A stretch of 64,000 nucleotides of DNA from a candidate division WOR-3 bacterium (GCA_965649295.1 CBFGKH010000003.1:1-64000), one strand, 5' to 3'. Shown: positions 9,584-20,573, counted from the first letter of the stretch. The notes: generated from the letters alone by a model not told the origin. Translations and numbers: made by a program.

Positions 9584-10684
9584 TCAATCCATCGCTCGAC
9601 GCATGAAGGCCGGAATCTCAAGGTTGTTCTTGTTGATAACTCGAACCCCGTCACGCTCAGTGTACGGCCTAATGCCGGGAAACATCTCGCTGTTACTGAA
9701 GAGATCAGCCAGCTCCTTGATACTAGGCAATGGGTCGTTCAGACCGGTCGCAATCAGTGTAACCTTAATTGCATCTTTCAGTTCCGGCGACCGGGCCGCT
9801 CCCATCCTAATATCGGCCTGACCATTCGTAGCCTGCAGAACCGTCATCGCCGCTTCATGTACTTCGTTCAACGTCATCCGCGTATCACCTGAGACGTTGA
9901 GCAGCACACGACGTGCACTCTGAATATCCATTCCCTCAATCAACGGTGAGTGCAAAGCCTGCTGGGCTGCTGCTGCCGCGCGTCCAGGGCCCGACGCACA
10001 GCCGACACTTATGACCGCGCCACCTCCCTCGGACATCACCGTCCGAACATCGGCAAAGTCAATGTTCAGTAGTTGACGGCTGATTACAATATCACAGATG
10101 CCGCGGACCGCGTTCAACAGAACCTCATCGGCGAGTCGAAAAGCCTCGTAGCACTCGCGGTCGCCGTATTCGCCCAGCACGCGCTGATTGGGTAAGACTA
10201 TTAGAGTATCCACGTGCGGTCGGAGCGCGCTGATTCCGTCCTCTGCCTTTCGTTCCCTTTCCCGTCCTTCAAACGCAAAAGGCTTGGTCACAACCGCAAC
10301 GACTAACGCACCTTGACGTTTCGCCTCCTGACAGATAACTGGTGTCGCGCCCGTACCGGTACCGCCTCCTTCACCAGCTGCTACAAACACCATATCGAAT
10401 CCGGAGAGACTCTCGCGCAGCAGCTCGATTGACTCTTCGGCAGCCTGTCGACCGATGACCGGATTCCCACCCGAACCGAGTCCACCAGTAAGCTGTGCAC
10501 CAATCTGCACCTTGTTGGCGGCCAACGACATGCCCAGCGCCTGCAGGTCAGTATTGACCGCATAGAGTTCGACACCAGCAAGTCCAGCGTCGATCATGTG
10601 GTTTATGGCATTGTTGCCAGCACCGCCGACACCGAAAACACCGATCCGGACCAGCTCTTTACCTTCGACCACCGGCTCAATCAC
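9584..10684 (-). CDS. ftsZ: Cell division protein FtsZ
   Basis: GVGGAGNNA, GGGTGTG, NIDFAD, C-terminal EIPAFMR. Confidence 0.98.
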   Translation of the reverse strand: MIEPVVEGKELVRIGVFGVGGAGNNAINHMIDAGLAGVELYAVNTDLQALGMSLAANKVQIGAQLTGGLGSGGNPVIGRQAAEESIELLRESLSGFDMVFVAAGEGGGTGTGATPVICQEAKRQGALVVAVVTKPFAFEGRERERKAEDGISALRPHVDTLIVLPNQRVLGEYGDRECYEAFRLADEVLLNAVRGICDIVISRQLLNIDFADVRTVMSEGGGAVISVGCASGPGRAAAAAQQALHSPLIEGMDIQSARRVLLNVSGDTRMTLNEVHEAAMTVLQATNGQADIRMGAARSPELKDAIKVTLIATGLNDPLPSIKELADLFSNSEMFPGIRPYTERDGVRVINKNNLEIPAFMRRAMD

Positions 10685-10728
10685 GCCTCGCCTCCTTTGG
10701 GTTCAGCTCACCATTGCTACCAGCTACT

Positions 10729-11949
10729 TTAGGCAAACCAGCCGCGAATATCTTCAATTACCCGCGCAAACAGACTTGCCTCAGCAAAACAACTAGCACA
10801 CTTCCCCTCGATCCCACACCGAATCAGACCAACCGCCGTCGCCAGACTCGGGTCTTGGACTACCTCGCGTGGCCCGGGCAACCGATCTGGCCTGCCCACC
10901 CGCACCGGCATTCCGAACACCTGTTCTGCAACGAATTCGATGCCAGGCAGCTGCGAGCAGCCGCCGGTCAGCACAACCCCACCGGCCAGCCCATCCGCCA
11001 GATTGCTCTTGCGAATCTCACTATCGGCGAGGGTTAGAATCTCCTCAACCCGCGGTTCGATAATCGATGCCAGCAGCCGGCGAGAAACTTGTTTTGTACC
11101 CCGGCCCGACGCATCTTCAACCGTCAGCGGCTCGTCTTTCTCCACCATACTGGCCTGGGCTACGCCGTACTTGCGCTTCAAATCGTCAGCCTGCTGCACT
11201 GTAGTGCGCAGACCAATAGCAATATCGCGCGTAATGTTGGGGGAGCCGATTGGCAGCAGCTTGGTAAAACGAATCTCACCGTCCCGGTATAGTGCAATAT
11301 CGGTCACACCGCCGATATCCACCAATATGACACCCTGGTCCTTATCTGCCTCGTCACAGACTCCGTAGAACGATGCAATCACAGCCAACGCAAGTGACCG
11401 ATTCTTGACATCCAACCGCTCCAATACCCGATAGATGTTCGCAACGGCGGTGACGGCTCCAATTATCAACATGACCTCAACCTCAAGTCGAACGCCAAAT
11501 AGACCAAGGGGATTACGCACTCCCTTCTGGCCGTCAACGATGAACTGCATCGGCACAACATGCAGTATCATCTCGTCCTGCGACAGAAGAATCGCCTGCG
11601 CCTGACGCATCACCTCGGCCACGTCGGCCGTACGGATTCCATGAGAAGGCTTACGTACTGAGACAGCGCCGATGCCCGTGAGGTACCTGATGTGTTCGCC
11701 AGCGATGCTGACGAATACCGGCAGCCCTCTAATTCTGCTGCTCGCCATCGACTCGGCCGCCCTGACGGCTACTTCTACCGCCTCCGCGGCCCGGTCAAGA
11801 TTGATGACCATCCCCTGACGGAACCCATCAGTAGCTGCCGTGCCATAACCGATGATGCTAGTCTTACCGCTAGCATCAGTCTCAGCGATCACACAGGCTG
11901 TTTTCGTGCTGCCCAGATCAATTGCACCGAAACGCTTCGTCCTGGCCAC
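10729..11949 (-). CDS. ftsA: Cell division protein FtsA
   Basis: DLGSTK, GVRLE, VDIGG, IEPRVEEI, VLTGG; upstream of ftsZ. Confidence 0.97.
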   Translation of the reverse strand: MARTKRFGAIDLGSTKTACVIAETDASGKTSIIGYGTAATDGFRQGMVINLDRAAEAVEVAVRAAESMASSRIRGLPVFVSIAGEHIRYLTGIGAVSVRKPSHGIRTADVAEVMRQAQAILLSQDEMILHVVPMQFIVDGQKGVRNPLGLFGVRLEVEVMLIIGAVTAVANIYRVLERLDVKNRSLALAVIASFYGVCDEADKDQGVILVDIGGVTDIALYRDGEIRFTKLLPIGSPNITRDIAIGLRTTVQQADDLKRKYGVAQASMVEKDEPLTVEDASGRGTKQVSRRLLASIIEPRVEEILTLADSEIRKSNLADGLAGGVVLTGGCSQLPGIEFVAEQVFGMPVRVGRPDRLPGPREVVQDPSLATAVGLIRCGIEGKCASCFAEASLFARVIEDIRGWFA

Positions 11950-11994
11950 CTCTCGCCTCCTTATGACTTACAATACGCAATCGCAGCCCAACCA

Positions 11995-12930
11995 TCATCC
12001 TCTCCCATCTGACGGCAGCAACTCAACCTCTTCCTCGAGCAGCACCCCACTTGTCGCCTCAACCCGGGTCTTGATTATCTCCACGAGTTCCAGGACTTCG
12101 GTGCAAGTTGCGCCGCCGGTGTTGACTATGAAATTCGCGTGCTTCTCTGAAACCTGCGCCCTTCCCAGTCTTCTGCCCTTCAGTCCCGCCTCGTCAATAA
12201 GTCTGCCCGCAGGTACCCGCTCATTACTCAGTTCGGGATTGCGGAAAAAGGACCCTGCCGACGCCTCGGTTGGGTGCTTCTGCCAGCGCCGCTGCCGGAT
12301 TTCTTCTGTCGTGGGCCTAGGAAGACCTTTCCTCAACCGTAGTGTCGCCCGCGTAGCAATCATGTCAGCGGGAATTAGCCTCTTTCGGTAACCTGCTGTA
12401 AGCTCCGTTCTTGCCAAATGGCAATATTCTCCGGTTCGGTTGACTCCCTCCACCGCTACTAGTAAGTCAGCGAGCGAGCTCCCGAAAGCACCAGCATTAC
12501 TGCAGAGTCCACCGCCTATCGTGCCCGGAATCCCAGCCAGGAACTCGGCACCGACCAGGCTTTGTTGCTCACAATAGTCAGCAACGATGTCCAGCCGAGT
12601 TCCGGCGCCGACTTCAACCTCGGCCCAGTCGCCATTGGTACGACCCTGCTCAATAATTGCCAGCCGGCCCGTCAACTGAATCACGACACCGCTCAAACCC
12701 TGGTCCGAAACGAGCACATTTGAACCTCGTCCAATTACCCAGACCTGAAGATTGTGCTCTCGACAAAAGCGCAGCGCGGCAACAAGGGCATCCTCGTCGC
12801 CCACCCGGCACCAAGCACCTACCGGCCCACCGATTCGAAATGTCGTTCTTTCGGCAAGCCGAACCCCACGTTCGACTTGCGCCCCGATCGTGACTAACGA
12901 CTGGCCAATAATTTCCGACCAATCATCCAT
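11995..12930 (-). CDS. murB: UDP-N-acetylenolpyruvoylglucosamine reductase
   Basis: GRGSNVL, GIPGTIGG, NAGA, SAGSFFRNP, KHANF. Confidence 0.95.
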   Translation of the reverse strand: MDDWSEIIGQSLVTIGAQVERGVRLAERTTFRIGGPVGAWCRVGDEDALVAALRFCREHNLQVWVIGRGSNVLVSDQGLSGVVIQLTGRLAIIEQGRTNGDWAEVEVGAGTRLDIVADYCEQQSLVGAEFLAGIPGTIGGGLCSNAGAFGSSLADLLVAVEGVNRTGEYCHLARTELTAGYRKRLIPADMIATRATLRLRKGLPRPTTEEIRQRRWQKHPTEASAGSFFRNPELSNERVPAGRLIDEAGLKGRRLGRAQVSEKHANFIVNTGGATCTEVLELVEIIKTRVEATSGVLLEEEVELLPSDGRG

Positions 12931-14264
12931 ATGTTACCCGCTCCCAACGTCAACACTACATCCCCGGGACGTACCTGTTCGCCCAACCAATCCGCCAGTT
13001 CATCCAGCTCCGGCAGATACGAGACCTCAGGTCGGCTGCCCTGCCGCTCCACCGCCCGCTTGATTAGCGTTGCATCCACACCCGGAATCTCCGGCTCAGA
13101 TGCCGGGTAGATGCTAGTGAGCGCGAGCACATCCGCCGCCGCAAAGGCTGACCCAAACTCATCAGCCAACAGCCTCGTTCTTGAGTAGCGATGTGGCTGA
13201 AACGCCACAATCAGCCGCCTGTTCGGAAATGCCTGTCGCAGAGCTTCGAGTGTCACCCGAATCTCTGTTGGGTGATGGCCGTAGTCATCAAACAGCAATA
13301 CCCCGTCTCTTTCGCCAACTCGCTCCAGCCGCCGATGTACGCCGCTAAAAACACGCAAGGCCTGTTCGCAGACACCAAACTCAACCCCCAGCTCGTTAGC
13401 CACTGCAATCGCTGCTAGGCAGTTTGCCACATTATGGCCGCCTGCCAGCGGAACCGTGAAGCGTCCAACTTCACGCCCCCGATACGTAACAGTGAACGCC
13501 GAAGTCAACCCGTAGTACTGAACGTCACGAACTCCAAAGTCTGCCGCCCCTTGAACTGAGTAGGTTATCGTTCGCCGAGCAATCCGGGCGCGCAGCCCCC
13601 GTACCGCTGGCGAGTCAACACAAAGCACGACTGCTCCATAGAAAGGCACTCGATTCGCAAACCGAACAAACTCGCGTTTGATATCAGCAAGGTCCCTGTA
13701 AACGTCCAAATGCTCTCGTTCAACGTTAGTGATGACGGCGATCGTTGGATAGAGGGCCAGAAATGACCGATCGCTCTCATCAGCCTCAGCCACTAGGTAT
13801 TGCGAAGTTCCCAGCTTCCCACCTGAATCAGCACTCATCACTCGACCGCCCACTACGCACGTTGGATCCAAGCCAGCCCGTTCCAGTATGTGCGCTACCA
13901 ACGACGTCACGGTCGTCTTACCGTGACTGCCGGCAACCGCCACCGCAAACTTCAACCGCATCAATTCCGCCAGCATCTCCGCCCGCCGAATTACCGGTAT
14001 CTTGGCCGATCGAGCCTGCACCAGCTCGGGATTGTCTCCCTTCACCGCTGATGAATAGACGACCACTTCAGCGTCAGCGACATTGACCGCGTCATGACCA
14101 ATGGCCACCCGCACCCCGGCGCGCATCAACCGTTCTGTCGTTTCACTTGCCCGAATGTCTGATCCAGAGACATCAAATCCCATGTTCGCTAATACCATGG
14201 CGATGCCCGACATTCCACTACCACCGATTCCCACAAGATGAATTCGCTTCACGCGGCCAAACAT
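12894..14264 (-). CDS. murC: UDP-N-acetylmuramate--L-alanine ligase
   Basis: GIGGSGMSG, GSHGKTT, EADESD, DDYGHHPTE, FQPHRYSR. Confidence 0.97.
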   Translation of the reverse strand: MFGRVKRIHLVGIGGSGMSGIAMVLANMGFDVSGSDIRASETTERLMRAGVRVAIGHDAVNVADAEVVVYSSAVKGDNPELVQARSAKIPVIRRAEMLAELMRLKFAVAVAGSHGKTTVTSLVAHILERAGLDPTCVVGGRVMSADSGGKLGTSQYLVAEADESDRSFLALYPTIAVITNVEREHLDVYRDLADIKREFVRFANRVPFYGAVVLCVDSPAVRGLRARIARRTITYSVQGAADFGVRDVQYYGLTSAFTVTYRGREVGRFTVPLAGGHNVANCLAAIAVANELGVEFGVCEQALRVFSGVHRRLERVGERDGVLLFDDYGHHPTEIRVTLEALRQAFPNRRLIVAFQPHRYSRTRLLADEFGSAFAAADVLALTSIYPASEPEIPGVDATLIKRAVERQGSRPEVSYLPELDELADWLGEQVRPGDVVLTLGAGNIWMIGRKLLASR

Positions 14265-15370
14265 TGTTTAATCCTCTGTGCTATTGCGTTCGCCGCATCC
14301 GGTTTGGCCAGACTCTTGGCCGCGGCTGCCATCCTCATCCTCCGCGACCGGTCGGACAAAATTCGAACCAATTCATCCTGAAGAATACTCAACCGTTCCT
14401 GCGGCAACACAACTGCAGCGCCCGCTAGCTCAAAAAAGCGAGCGTTGGCTTCCTGATGGCCGTCAACAGCTGAAGGCAACGGTACGAGCAGTGACGGAAT
14501 GCCTACTGCGGCCAACTCAGCAAGAACCGCACCTCCGGCCCGCGAGATAGCAACCGTTGCCTGCCGGTACAACTCCCATGGTCGCGGTGCGAACCCGACG
14601 ACCCGGCAATTGCCGCTACCAATAGCCTCAACCATGCGCTGCACCCGCTCAAAATCGTGACGACCGGTCACTATGATGAAACTAAAGTCCCTCAGCTTCG
14701 TTGCACATTTGACAACGGCCTCGTTCAAGGCTCGTGCCCCCAGGCTCCCGCCAATCGTCAGAATTGTGTGGCCATCATCACAAGGTCTGGCGTGAGTAAA
14801 CTCCGGTCGCAACGGACAACCCAGAACTTCCGATTCACCAGCAAGCCCTTTCTCAGGCGGCATGGCCAGAAAAGACCTCTTAGCATGACCGGCGAAGAAT
14901 CTCGTCACCCGACCGGGAATCCGGTTTAACTCCAACAGAAAGATCGGTATCCGTAGCAACCAGGCGACGACCAGTACCGCCGCGGCCGCGTAGCAACCTG
15001 TTGCCACAACGCCGACCGGCTGAATTCGCTTCACTAGCCCATAAACGTTCAACACGCTATCAGCCAGCCGCACGAGAGCCATTAACTTCTCCAACAGGTT
15101 CTTGCCGAAGAAACCACTGGCTGCGATTCTCATGAACTCAAAATCATTCTCGGCTGCAACTTGCTGCTCCAAACTGCCATCACGACCAACCCAAACAATC
15201 CGAAAACCCAACTGCCGCAGTTCCAGGCCCAGCGCTAGCCCCGGGAAAACGTGTCCCCCTGTACCACCAGCGGCTATGATTACTGATCTCGGTCGCCCCC
15301 CACCGACAGTAGCGTCGGGTCGACTAAAATGCCGTGACCCGGAATCTACCCCTGCCAGCCATTGTATCAT
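14249..15370 (-). CDS. murG: Lipid II GlcNAc transferase MurG
   Basis: GGTGGH, GGSLGA, SRAG, HQEANA. Confidence 0.95.
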   Translation of the reverse strand: MIQWLAGVDSGSRHFSRPDATVGGGRPRSVIIAAGGTGGHVFPGLALGLELRQLGFRIVWVGRDGSLEQQVAAENDFEFMRIAASGFFGKNLLEKLMALVRLADSVLNVYGLVKRIQPVGVVATGCYAAAAVLVVAWLLRIPIFLLELNRIPGRVTRFFAGHAKRSFLAMPPEKGLAGESEVLGCPLRPEFTHARPCDDGHTILTIGGSLGARALNEAVVKCATKLRDFSFIIVTGRHDFERVQRMVEAIGSGNCRVVGFAPRPWELYRQATVAISRAGGAVLAELAAVGIPSLLVPLPSAVDGHQEANARFFELAGAAVVLPQERLSILQDELVRILSDRSRRMRMAAAAKSLAKPDAANAIAQRIKQCLAA

Positions 15371-16638
15371 CGCGACCTCTGAGTAGGCGACATAACAAAC
15401 CCTGCCCGGCGCAAGGCCATCGCCGCCCTCGACGGGCCCAAACCGACAACCGGCGCCGGCATCGGAACCCGCCGTCCTTTACGATGCTGTTCAACAATCT
15501 GAGCGGTACGACGACGATACCGAGAGATGTTAAGCAGGATACCGACCGCCATTAGGTTAGTCACCAATGCCGAGCCGCCAAAGGAAACAAACGGCAAGGG
15601 TTGTCCGGTTGTCGGCATCAAGCCCAGCGTAACTGCGACGTGGACGACGGCATACATAAACAACATGACCGTGATTCCAGCTGCCAGATAACGTCCGAAA
15701 TAGCTAGGACACTCTCGACTGATTCTCATACCGCGCAACAGCAGGACTCCATATAGAAAGAATATCACCAGACTGCCTGCAAAACCGAACTCCTCCCCTA
15801 CGACTGCGAAGATGAAGTCATTATGCATCTTTGGCAAGAACTGGTACTTCTGTTTGCCCTCACCTAACCCCTTGCCCAGAACACCACCAGAGCCAATGGC
15901 AATCAGCGACTGCTCCTGATGGTAGCGATCACCTCGGACGAACTTCTCCCACCGCTGTCGGGGATAGTCAAGCTGAGTCACCGCTACCAAGAAAACAGCC
16001 GCTGCCAACGCAAACATCAAGATCAGAAAACGGTACCTGATGCCAGCAACAAAGCACACTGAGAACCCGGCGCCAGCCATGATGAAACTTGACCCGACTG
16101 CCGGCTGAGCAAGCGTCAACCCGACGATCAGAGCGGTGACCGCTGCTGGCACGGCCACCGAAAACACTGGGTTTCGCTCAATACTATCTTCCTTCAGCTT
16201 TGCAAACCAGGCCGCAAGCCAAACCAGTAATGCCACTTTTGCAAACTCAGCTGGTTGGAATGATACGCTACCATCTCCCAACCAGCGACGTGCCGCCCCT
16301 AGAGCCCAACCAGCCACCAATGTCAGAACCAACAAAGCCACCGAAAACCCAAGCAGCAAGTGTCGCAGCCGACCGGCCAGAACCGTGTGCCGCAAATTCA
16401 TACCTACTAACAACGCCAGGAACCCAACGAAGGCACGCAATGCCTGGTAGAGAAGATAGTTCACGCCACGATGAAGAGTAGCAGCATAGACAACTATCAA
16501 TCCTACCAGTACCAGCGTCACAACCACGAACAGCAATTGCGAATCAGGTGGTTGAGTAGGTCGTTCTCCAAAGCTCGACCGAACTGGCCGGTACGACGCA
16601 GGCAATGTTTTCGCCGAAACTAACCCGGCGTTCTCCAC
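15367..16638 (-). CDS. ftsW: Peptidoglycan glycosyltransferase FtsW (SEDS)
   Basis: GAARRW, FQPAEFAK, HNDFIF, PTTGQPLPFVSFGGS; start likely GTG 16638. Confidence 0.93.
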   Translation of the reverse strand: MENAGLVSAKTLPASYRPVRSSFGERPTQPPDSQLLFVVVTLVLVGLIVVYAATLHRGVNYLLYQALRAFVGFLALLVGMNLRHTVLAGRLRHLLLGFSVALLVLTLVAGWALGAARRWLGDGSVSFQPAEFAKVALLVWLAAWFAKLKEDSIERNPVFSVAVPAAVTALIVGLTLAQPAVGSSFIMAGAGFSVCFVAGIRYRFLILMFALAAAVFLVAVTQLDYPRQRWEKFVRGDRYHQEQSLIAIGSGGVLGKGLGEGKQKYQFLPKMHNDFIFAVVGEEFGFAGSLVIFFLYGVLLLRGMRISRECPSYFGRYLAAGITVMLFMYAVVHVAVTLGLMPTTGQPLPFVSFGGSALVTNLMAVGILLNISRYRRRTAQIVEQHRKGRRVPMPAPVVGLGPSRAAMALRRAGFVMSPTQRSR

Positions 16639-16648
16639 TACCGTCGGT

Positions 16649-18010
16649 TCAAATGAGCCGCCTGACCTCACGCCTGAATGCATTTCCTCGCTCACGAAAG
16701 TCACGAAACTGATCGAAACTCGCAAACCCCGGAGAGAAGAGTACTACATCCCCGCTTACCGCCCGCTGCTGAGCGCTTTGGACGGCCCGGCTAAGCCTAT
16801 CAGCAAACTCAAAGTTCCTGAATTTGCGCCTGGCCAGCTCTCTGCCGAGAATCTGTCCTGACTCACCAATCAGAATCGCCCATCGAGCGTGACGGCAGAT
16901 TGCTTCGACGTACTCAGTCAACGGCAACCCTTTGTTCCTACCGCCGACAATGAGGACTATCGGCCGCGAGCTCAACGCCTTCAGGGAAGCTACGCCGGCT
17001 GCTGGGTTAGTGCACATCGAGTTGTTGATGTAATCAACACCATGCAGCTGCCGTACCCATTCCAGCCGGTGCGGCAGACCGACAAATGTCCGCAATACCT
17101 GGGCGATCTCCCTGATGCCGACACCTACTGCTCGCGCCGCCGCCGTTGCAGCCAATGCATTGAGGATATTGTGCTTGCCCGGGAGACGAACCTGGGACGC
17201 CTGAATGACCCGCTCCCCGTTCTCCTCCACCAGCCAGCCCCGACTCAGCCTCGTGCCGCTGCTTCCTTTCTCGCCGAAGAACAGCTTGCACCCTTGGCCT
17301 CGATTTCGACCAGCATAGACAATAGCATCATCGCGATTGAGAACCGCGAAGTCATCGGGCGTTTGACGATCAAGTATCCGCAGCTTGGCTGCGGCATAGC
17401 TCCGAAGCGTTCTGTGCCGGTCTAGATGGTCAGAAGTGATGTTTAGAACAACCGCCACCTTGGGTTTGAGCCAACGCGAACGAGCAAGTTGGAAGCTCGA
17501 GACCTCAGCAACGTAGAACTCTCTCGGCGGCACAAGCAAGGCCCACGAAAGCGGCCGTCCTGGACTGAGATTGCCGCCGCAGAAGACGCTCCTGCCTGTC
17601 GCCGCAAGCATCTGAGAAATCAATACGGTAGTAGTGGACTTGCCGTTAGTTCCGGTCACCGCAACAAGACAGCCGGGCAAGTACTGCGCGGCAAGGTCAA
17701 GCTCATCAACTAGCGGAATCCGAGCCTGCACCAACTGCTTCACAATCGGCTGATTGTCACTCAGACCTGGGGAAACAACCGCCCAGTCAATTTCCAATCG
17801 ACGTTCACGAGGCCAAATCCGAAGGCCATCTGCCATAAGCGCCCGAACCGCAGACGAATCATACACCCGCGGCTGGTCATCCCAACCAACAACACATGCT
17901 CCTCGCGCTAACAGAAACCGAGCAATCGAACGTCCTGCCCGACCTAACCCCACTACCCCGACACGGGCCTTGGCCAAGCTGCTAATCGTGGGCACAGAGA
18001 ATGCTCTCAT
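16649..18010 (-). CDS. murD: UDP-MurNAc-L-Ala--D-Glu ligase
   Basis: VTGTNGKST, EVSSFQL, DHLDRH, LPHRLE, SPGFASFDQF; ATGA overlap with mraY stop. Confidence 0.96.
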   Translation of the reverse strand: MRAFSVPTISSLAKARVGVVGLGRAGRSIARFLLARGACVVGWDDQPRVYDSSAVRALMADGLRIWPRERRLEIDWAVVSPGLSDNQPIVKQLVQARIPLVDELDLAAQYLPGCLVAVTGTNGKSTTTVLISQMLAATGRSVFCGGNLSPGRPLSWALLVPPREFYVAEVSSFQLARSRWLKPKVAVVLNITSDHLDRHRTLRSYAAAKLRILDRQTPDDFAVLNRDDAIVYAGRNRGQGCKLFFGEKGSSGTRLSRGWLVEENGERVIQASQVRLPGKHNILNALAATAAARAVGVGIREIAQVLRTFVGLPHRLEWVRQLHGVDYINNSMCTNPAAGVASLKALSSRPIVLIVGGRNKGLPLTEYVEAICRHARWAILIGESGQILGRELARRKFRNFEFADRLSRAVQSAQQRAVSGDVVLFSPGFASFDQFRDFRERGNAFRREVRRLI

Positions 18011-19098
18011 CGAATCTTCAAGGTGGCAAGCGCACCCAAAGCGAACAAGACCGCAAGAATAGTCAGTCTGGCAACAACCTGCGGCTCGGACCATCCCACA
18101 AGTTCGAAGTGATGATGGATTGGCGCCATACGGAACAGCCGCCGGCCACGGGTCAAGCGAAAGTAGAAGACCTGCAGCAACACCGACCCAGCCTCCATCA
18201 CAAACACCCCGCCGACAAGCGGCAGCAACATTTCATGCTTACAGAGGACGGCCGCCAGCGCTAAGAATCCGCCCAAAGGTAAAGACCCAGTATCCCCCAT
18301 AAAAACCTGCGCTGGATGTGCGTTGAACCAAAGAAACCCAAGACAGGCACCAGCCAGAGCAAAACAGAAAACAGCCATCTCACCGCCGGTCGGTACAAAC
18401 ATTATGTTAAGATAGCGGGCCAACTTGAAGTTACCAGCCGCATAACAGAGAACTCCGTAGGTTCCTAGTGCAATCGTCAACAAACCGGCGGCCAACCCAT
18501 CGAGTCCGTCAGTTAAATTGACCGCGTTCGATCCGGCAACAATCACGAGCATGACAAACGGCACATAGAAGTGACCAAACTCCACAACAATGTTCTTGAA
18601 AAGTAGAACATTGCTCCGCGAACGGTTGACTGGGTCAGCCGACAAGAACCAGACCGCCGCCCCGACTAGCAAGGCTAGCGCTAGTTGCGATAGCAGCTTG
18701 GCTGTCTTGGACAAGCCGCGCGGACGCCGCAGCTTGACCTTGACAAAATCATTGACAAACCCAAGCACGCCCAACCAGATAAGAACCAGCATGCCCAGCT
18801 GTATTTGCCGATTCTCAAGGTCGGCGAACAACAGCACTCCGGCAACACCCGCCGCCAGGATAAGTAGTCCGCCCATCGTTGGCGTGCCAGCCTTGGCCTG
18901 ATGACGACCTGGCACCTCCGTGCGAATGTTCTGTCCGATATTCAGACGCTTGATAAGGCGGATCATCACCGGTCCGATTAGCAAAACCAACAGGATACTG
19001 AAAGCCCCGGCAGCCGCGGCTCGAAAGGTAATGTAACGAAACAAGTTAAACAGGCCAAAACTATGCCGCAGAGGGACCAGCAAATCGTAAAGCATCAC
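18007..19098 (-). CDS. mraY: Phospho-MurNAc-pentapeptide translocase
   Basis: KAGTPTMGG, NAVNLTDGLDG, FMGDTGS, MAPIHHHFE; first Asp of the DD motif reads Asn (GFVND). Confidence 0.97.
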   Translation of the reverse strand: MMLYDLLVPLRHSFGLFNLFRYITFRAAAAGAFSILLVLLIGPVMIRLIKRLNIGQNIRTEVPGRHQAKAGTPTMGGLLILAAGVAGVLLFADLENRQIQLGMLVLIWLGVLGFVNDFVKVKLRRPRGLSKTAKLLSQLALALLVGAAVWFLSADPVNRSRSNVLLFKNIVVEFGHFYVPFVMLVIVAGSNAVNLTDGLDGLAAGLLTIALGTYGVLCYAAGNFKLARYLNIMFVPTGGEMAVFCFALAGACLGFLWFNAHPAQVFMGDTGSLPLGGFLALAAVLCKHEMLLPLVGGVFVMEAGSVLLQVFYFRLTRGRRLFRMAPIHHHFELVGWSEPQVVARLTILAVLFALGALATLKIR

Positions 19099-20573
19099 GC
19101 CCCGAGCTTTCTGCGGCAGACCTCGCGGTCATCAAAACGCCGCCTTTCGCTGCCAACAATCTGATAGTCTTCGTGGCCCTTGCCAGCGATGACGACCGTG
19201 TCGCCGGGCCGAGCCATGTCTAGGGCTCGATGTATAGCCGCCTCCCGATCGAGCTCGACGATTCGCTCCTCGTTCAACATGCCTTGCAGTATGTCACTAA
19301 CTATGGCTTCTGGTGACTCGGAACGAGGATTGTCGGACGTAACAATCCGAACATCTGCCAGCCGTGCCGCTGCTTCACCCATTAGCGGCCTCTTGCTCCT
19401 ATCACGGTCACCACCACAGCCGAAGACCAAAATCACCCGACCGGGAGTGAACTCACGCACCGTTGCCAACACCCGCTGTAGCGCGTCGGGAGTGTGCGCA
19501 TAGTCAACGAAGACATTGAACTTCTGTCCGGAATCGATCGGCTCCAGTCGCCCTGGAACCAAGTCCAACGCCTCGGCACCCTCCTTCATCTGTTGCCAAG
19601 ACCAACCCAGTGCGTAACCGGCCCCAAAAGCTGCCATTAGGTTAGAGAGATTGTACCGTCCTCCCAGCCGCAACCGGACAGTAACCTCCTGACCAGCGAC
19701 GACCAGCCCGCAGTCGATACCATTAGGCCTGACCCCAATGATGCGACCAAGAATGTCAGGAACCATTTCGGCATCAGCCCGAGTGCCATAAGTCACAACC
19801 CTCGCCCGCGTCCGGCGCAAAACCTCACAGCCGGTTTGGTCATCGAGGTTAGTCACGGCTGTCGCGCCCGGGACTAGCTCACTAAACAGTTTCAGCTTGG
19901 CCTCTCGGTAGTTTTCCAATGTCTTATGAAAATCAAGATGATCCTGAGACAGATTCGTGAACACGGCAACTCGGAAGTCAAGATCGAAAACACGATCCAG
20001 AGCCAGCGAGTGAGAAGACACTTCGGAGATGCACAACGGTATCCGCTGCTCCGCTAGTCTCGCCAAGAGCGAAACGAAATCAAGACTTTCTGGGGTCGTC
20101 TGTGCAGCCGGCCGGCGCTCAAGCCCATCCCAGTGCTCAATCGTGCCAACGAAACCAGGCTCAATTCCTGCCTGTCGGGCCATCTGTCGCAAGAGATAAC
20201 TCGTTGTCGTCTTACCGTTCGTGCCCGTGATCCCCACCAGCTTGACCTTACTGGATGGGAAATCAAAGAAACGGTTAGCGGTTTGGGCCAGAAAACGGCG
20301 CGGCGACTTCGTGTGGACGAATGTAACCCAACTCTTCCGCACACGACCAATGTCGCTGCCAGCAACAGCCACCGCGCCGCGATTCACTGCTTCATCCACA
20401 AAATCAAGCCCCGACGCACGATACCCATCTATGGCAACAAACAACGCACCGGGCTCAACCCGGCCGGAGTGGTAGGCGATGCTCTTAATCTCGACTGCCG
20501 CATTGCCGTGGACCGTGCAGGGCACCCCCCTTATCAATTCCGCCAACCGCTTTTTGCCGTTACCGTTGCCCAT
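19095..20573 (-). CDS. murE: UDP-MurNAc-dipeptide--meso-DAP ligase
   Basis: GITGTNGKTT, TTP, EVSSH, DHLDFH, DYAHTPD, DNPR (meso-DAP specificity), GKGHE. Confidence 0.97.
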   Translation of the reverse strand: MGNGNGKKRLAELIRGVPCTVHGNAAVEIKSIAYHSGRVEPGALFVAIDGYRASGLDFVDEAVNRGAVAVAGSDIGRVRKSWVTFVHTKSPRRFLAQTANRFFDFPSSKVKLVGITGTNGKTTTSYLLRQMARQAGIEPGFVGTIEHWDGLERRPAAQTTPESLDFVSLLARLAEQRIPLCISEVSSHSLALDRVFDLDFRVAVFTNLSQDHLDFHKTLENYREAKLKLFSELVPGATAVTNLDDQTGCEVLRRTRARVVTYGTRADAEMVPDILGRIIGVRPNGIDCGLVVAGQEVTVRLRLGGRYNLSNLMAAFGAGYALGWSWQQMKEGAEALDLVPGRLEPIDSGQKFNVFVDYAHTPDALQRVLATVREFTPGRVILVFGCGGDRDRSKRPLMGEAAARLADVRIVTSDNPRSESPEAIVSDILQGMLNEERIVELDREAAIHRALDMARPGDTVVIAGKGHEDYQIVGSERRRFDDREVCRRKLGA

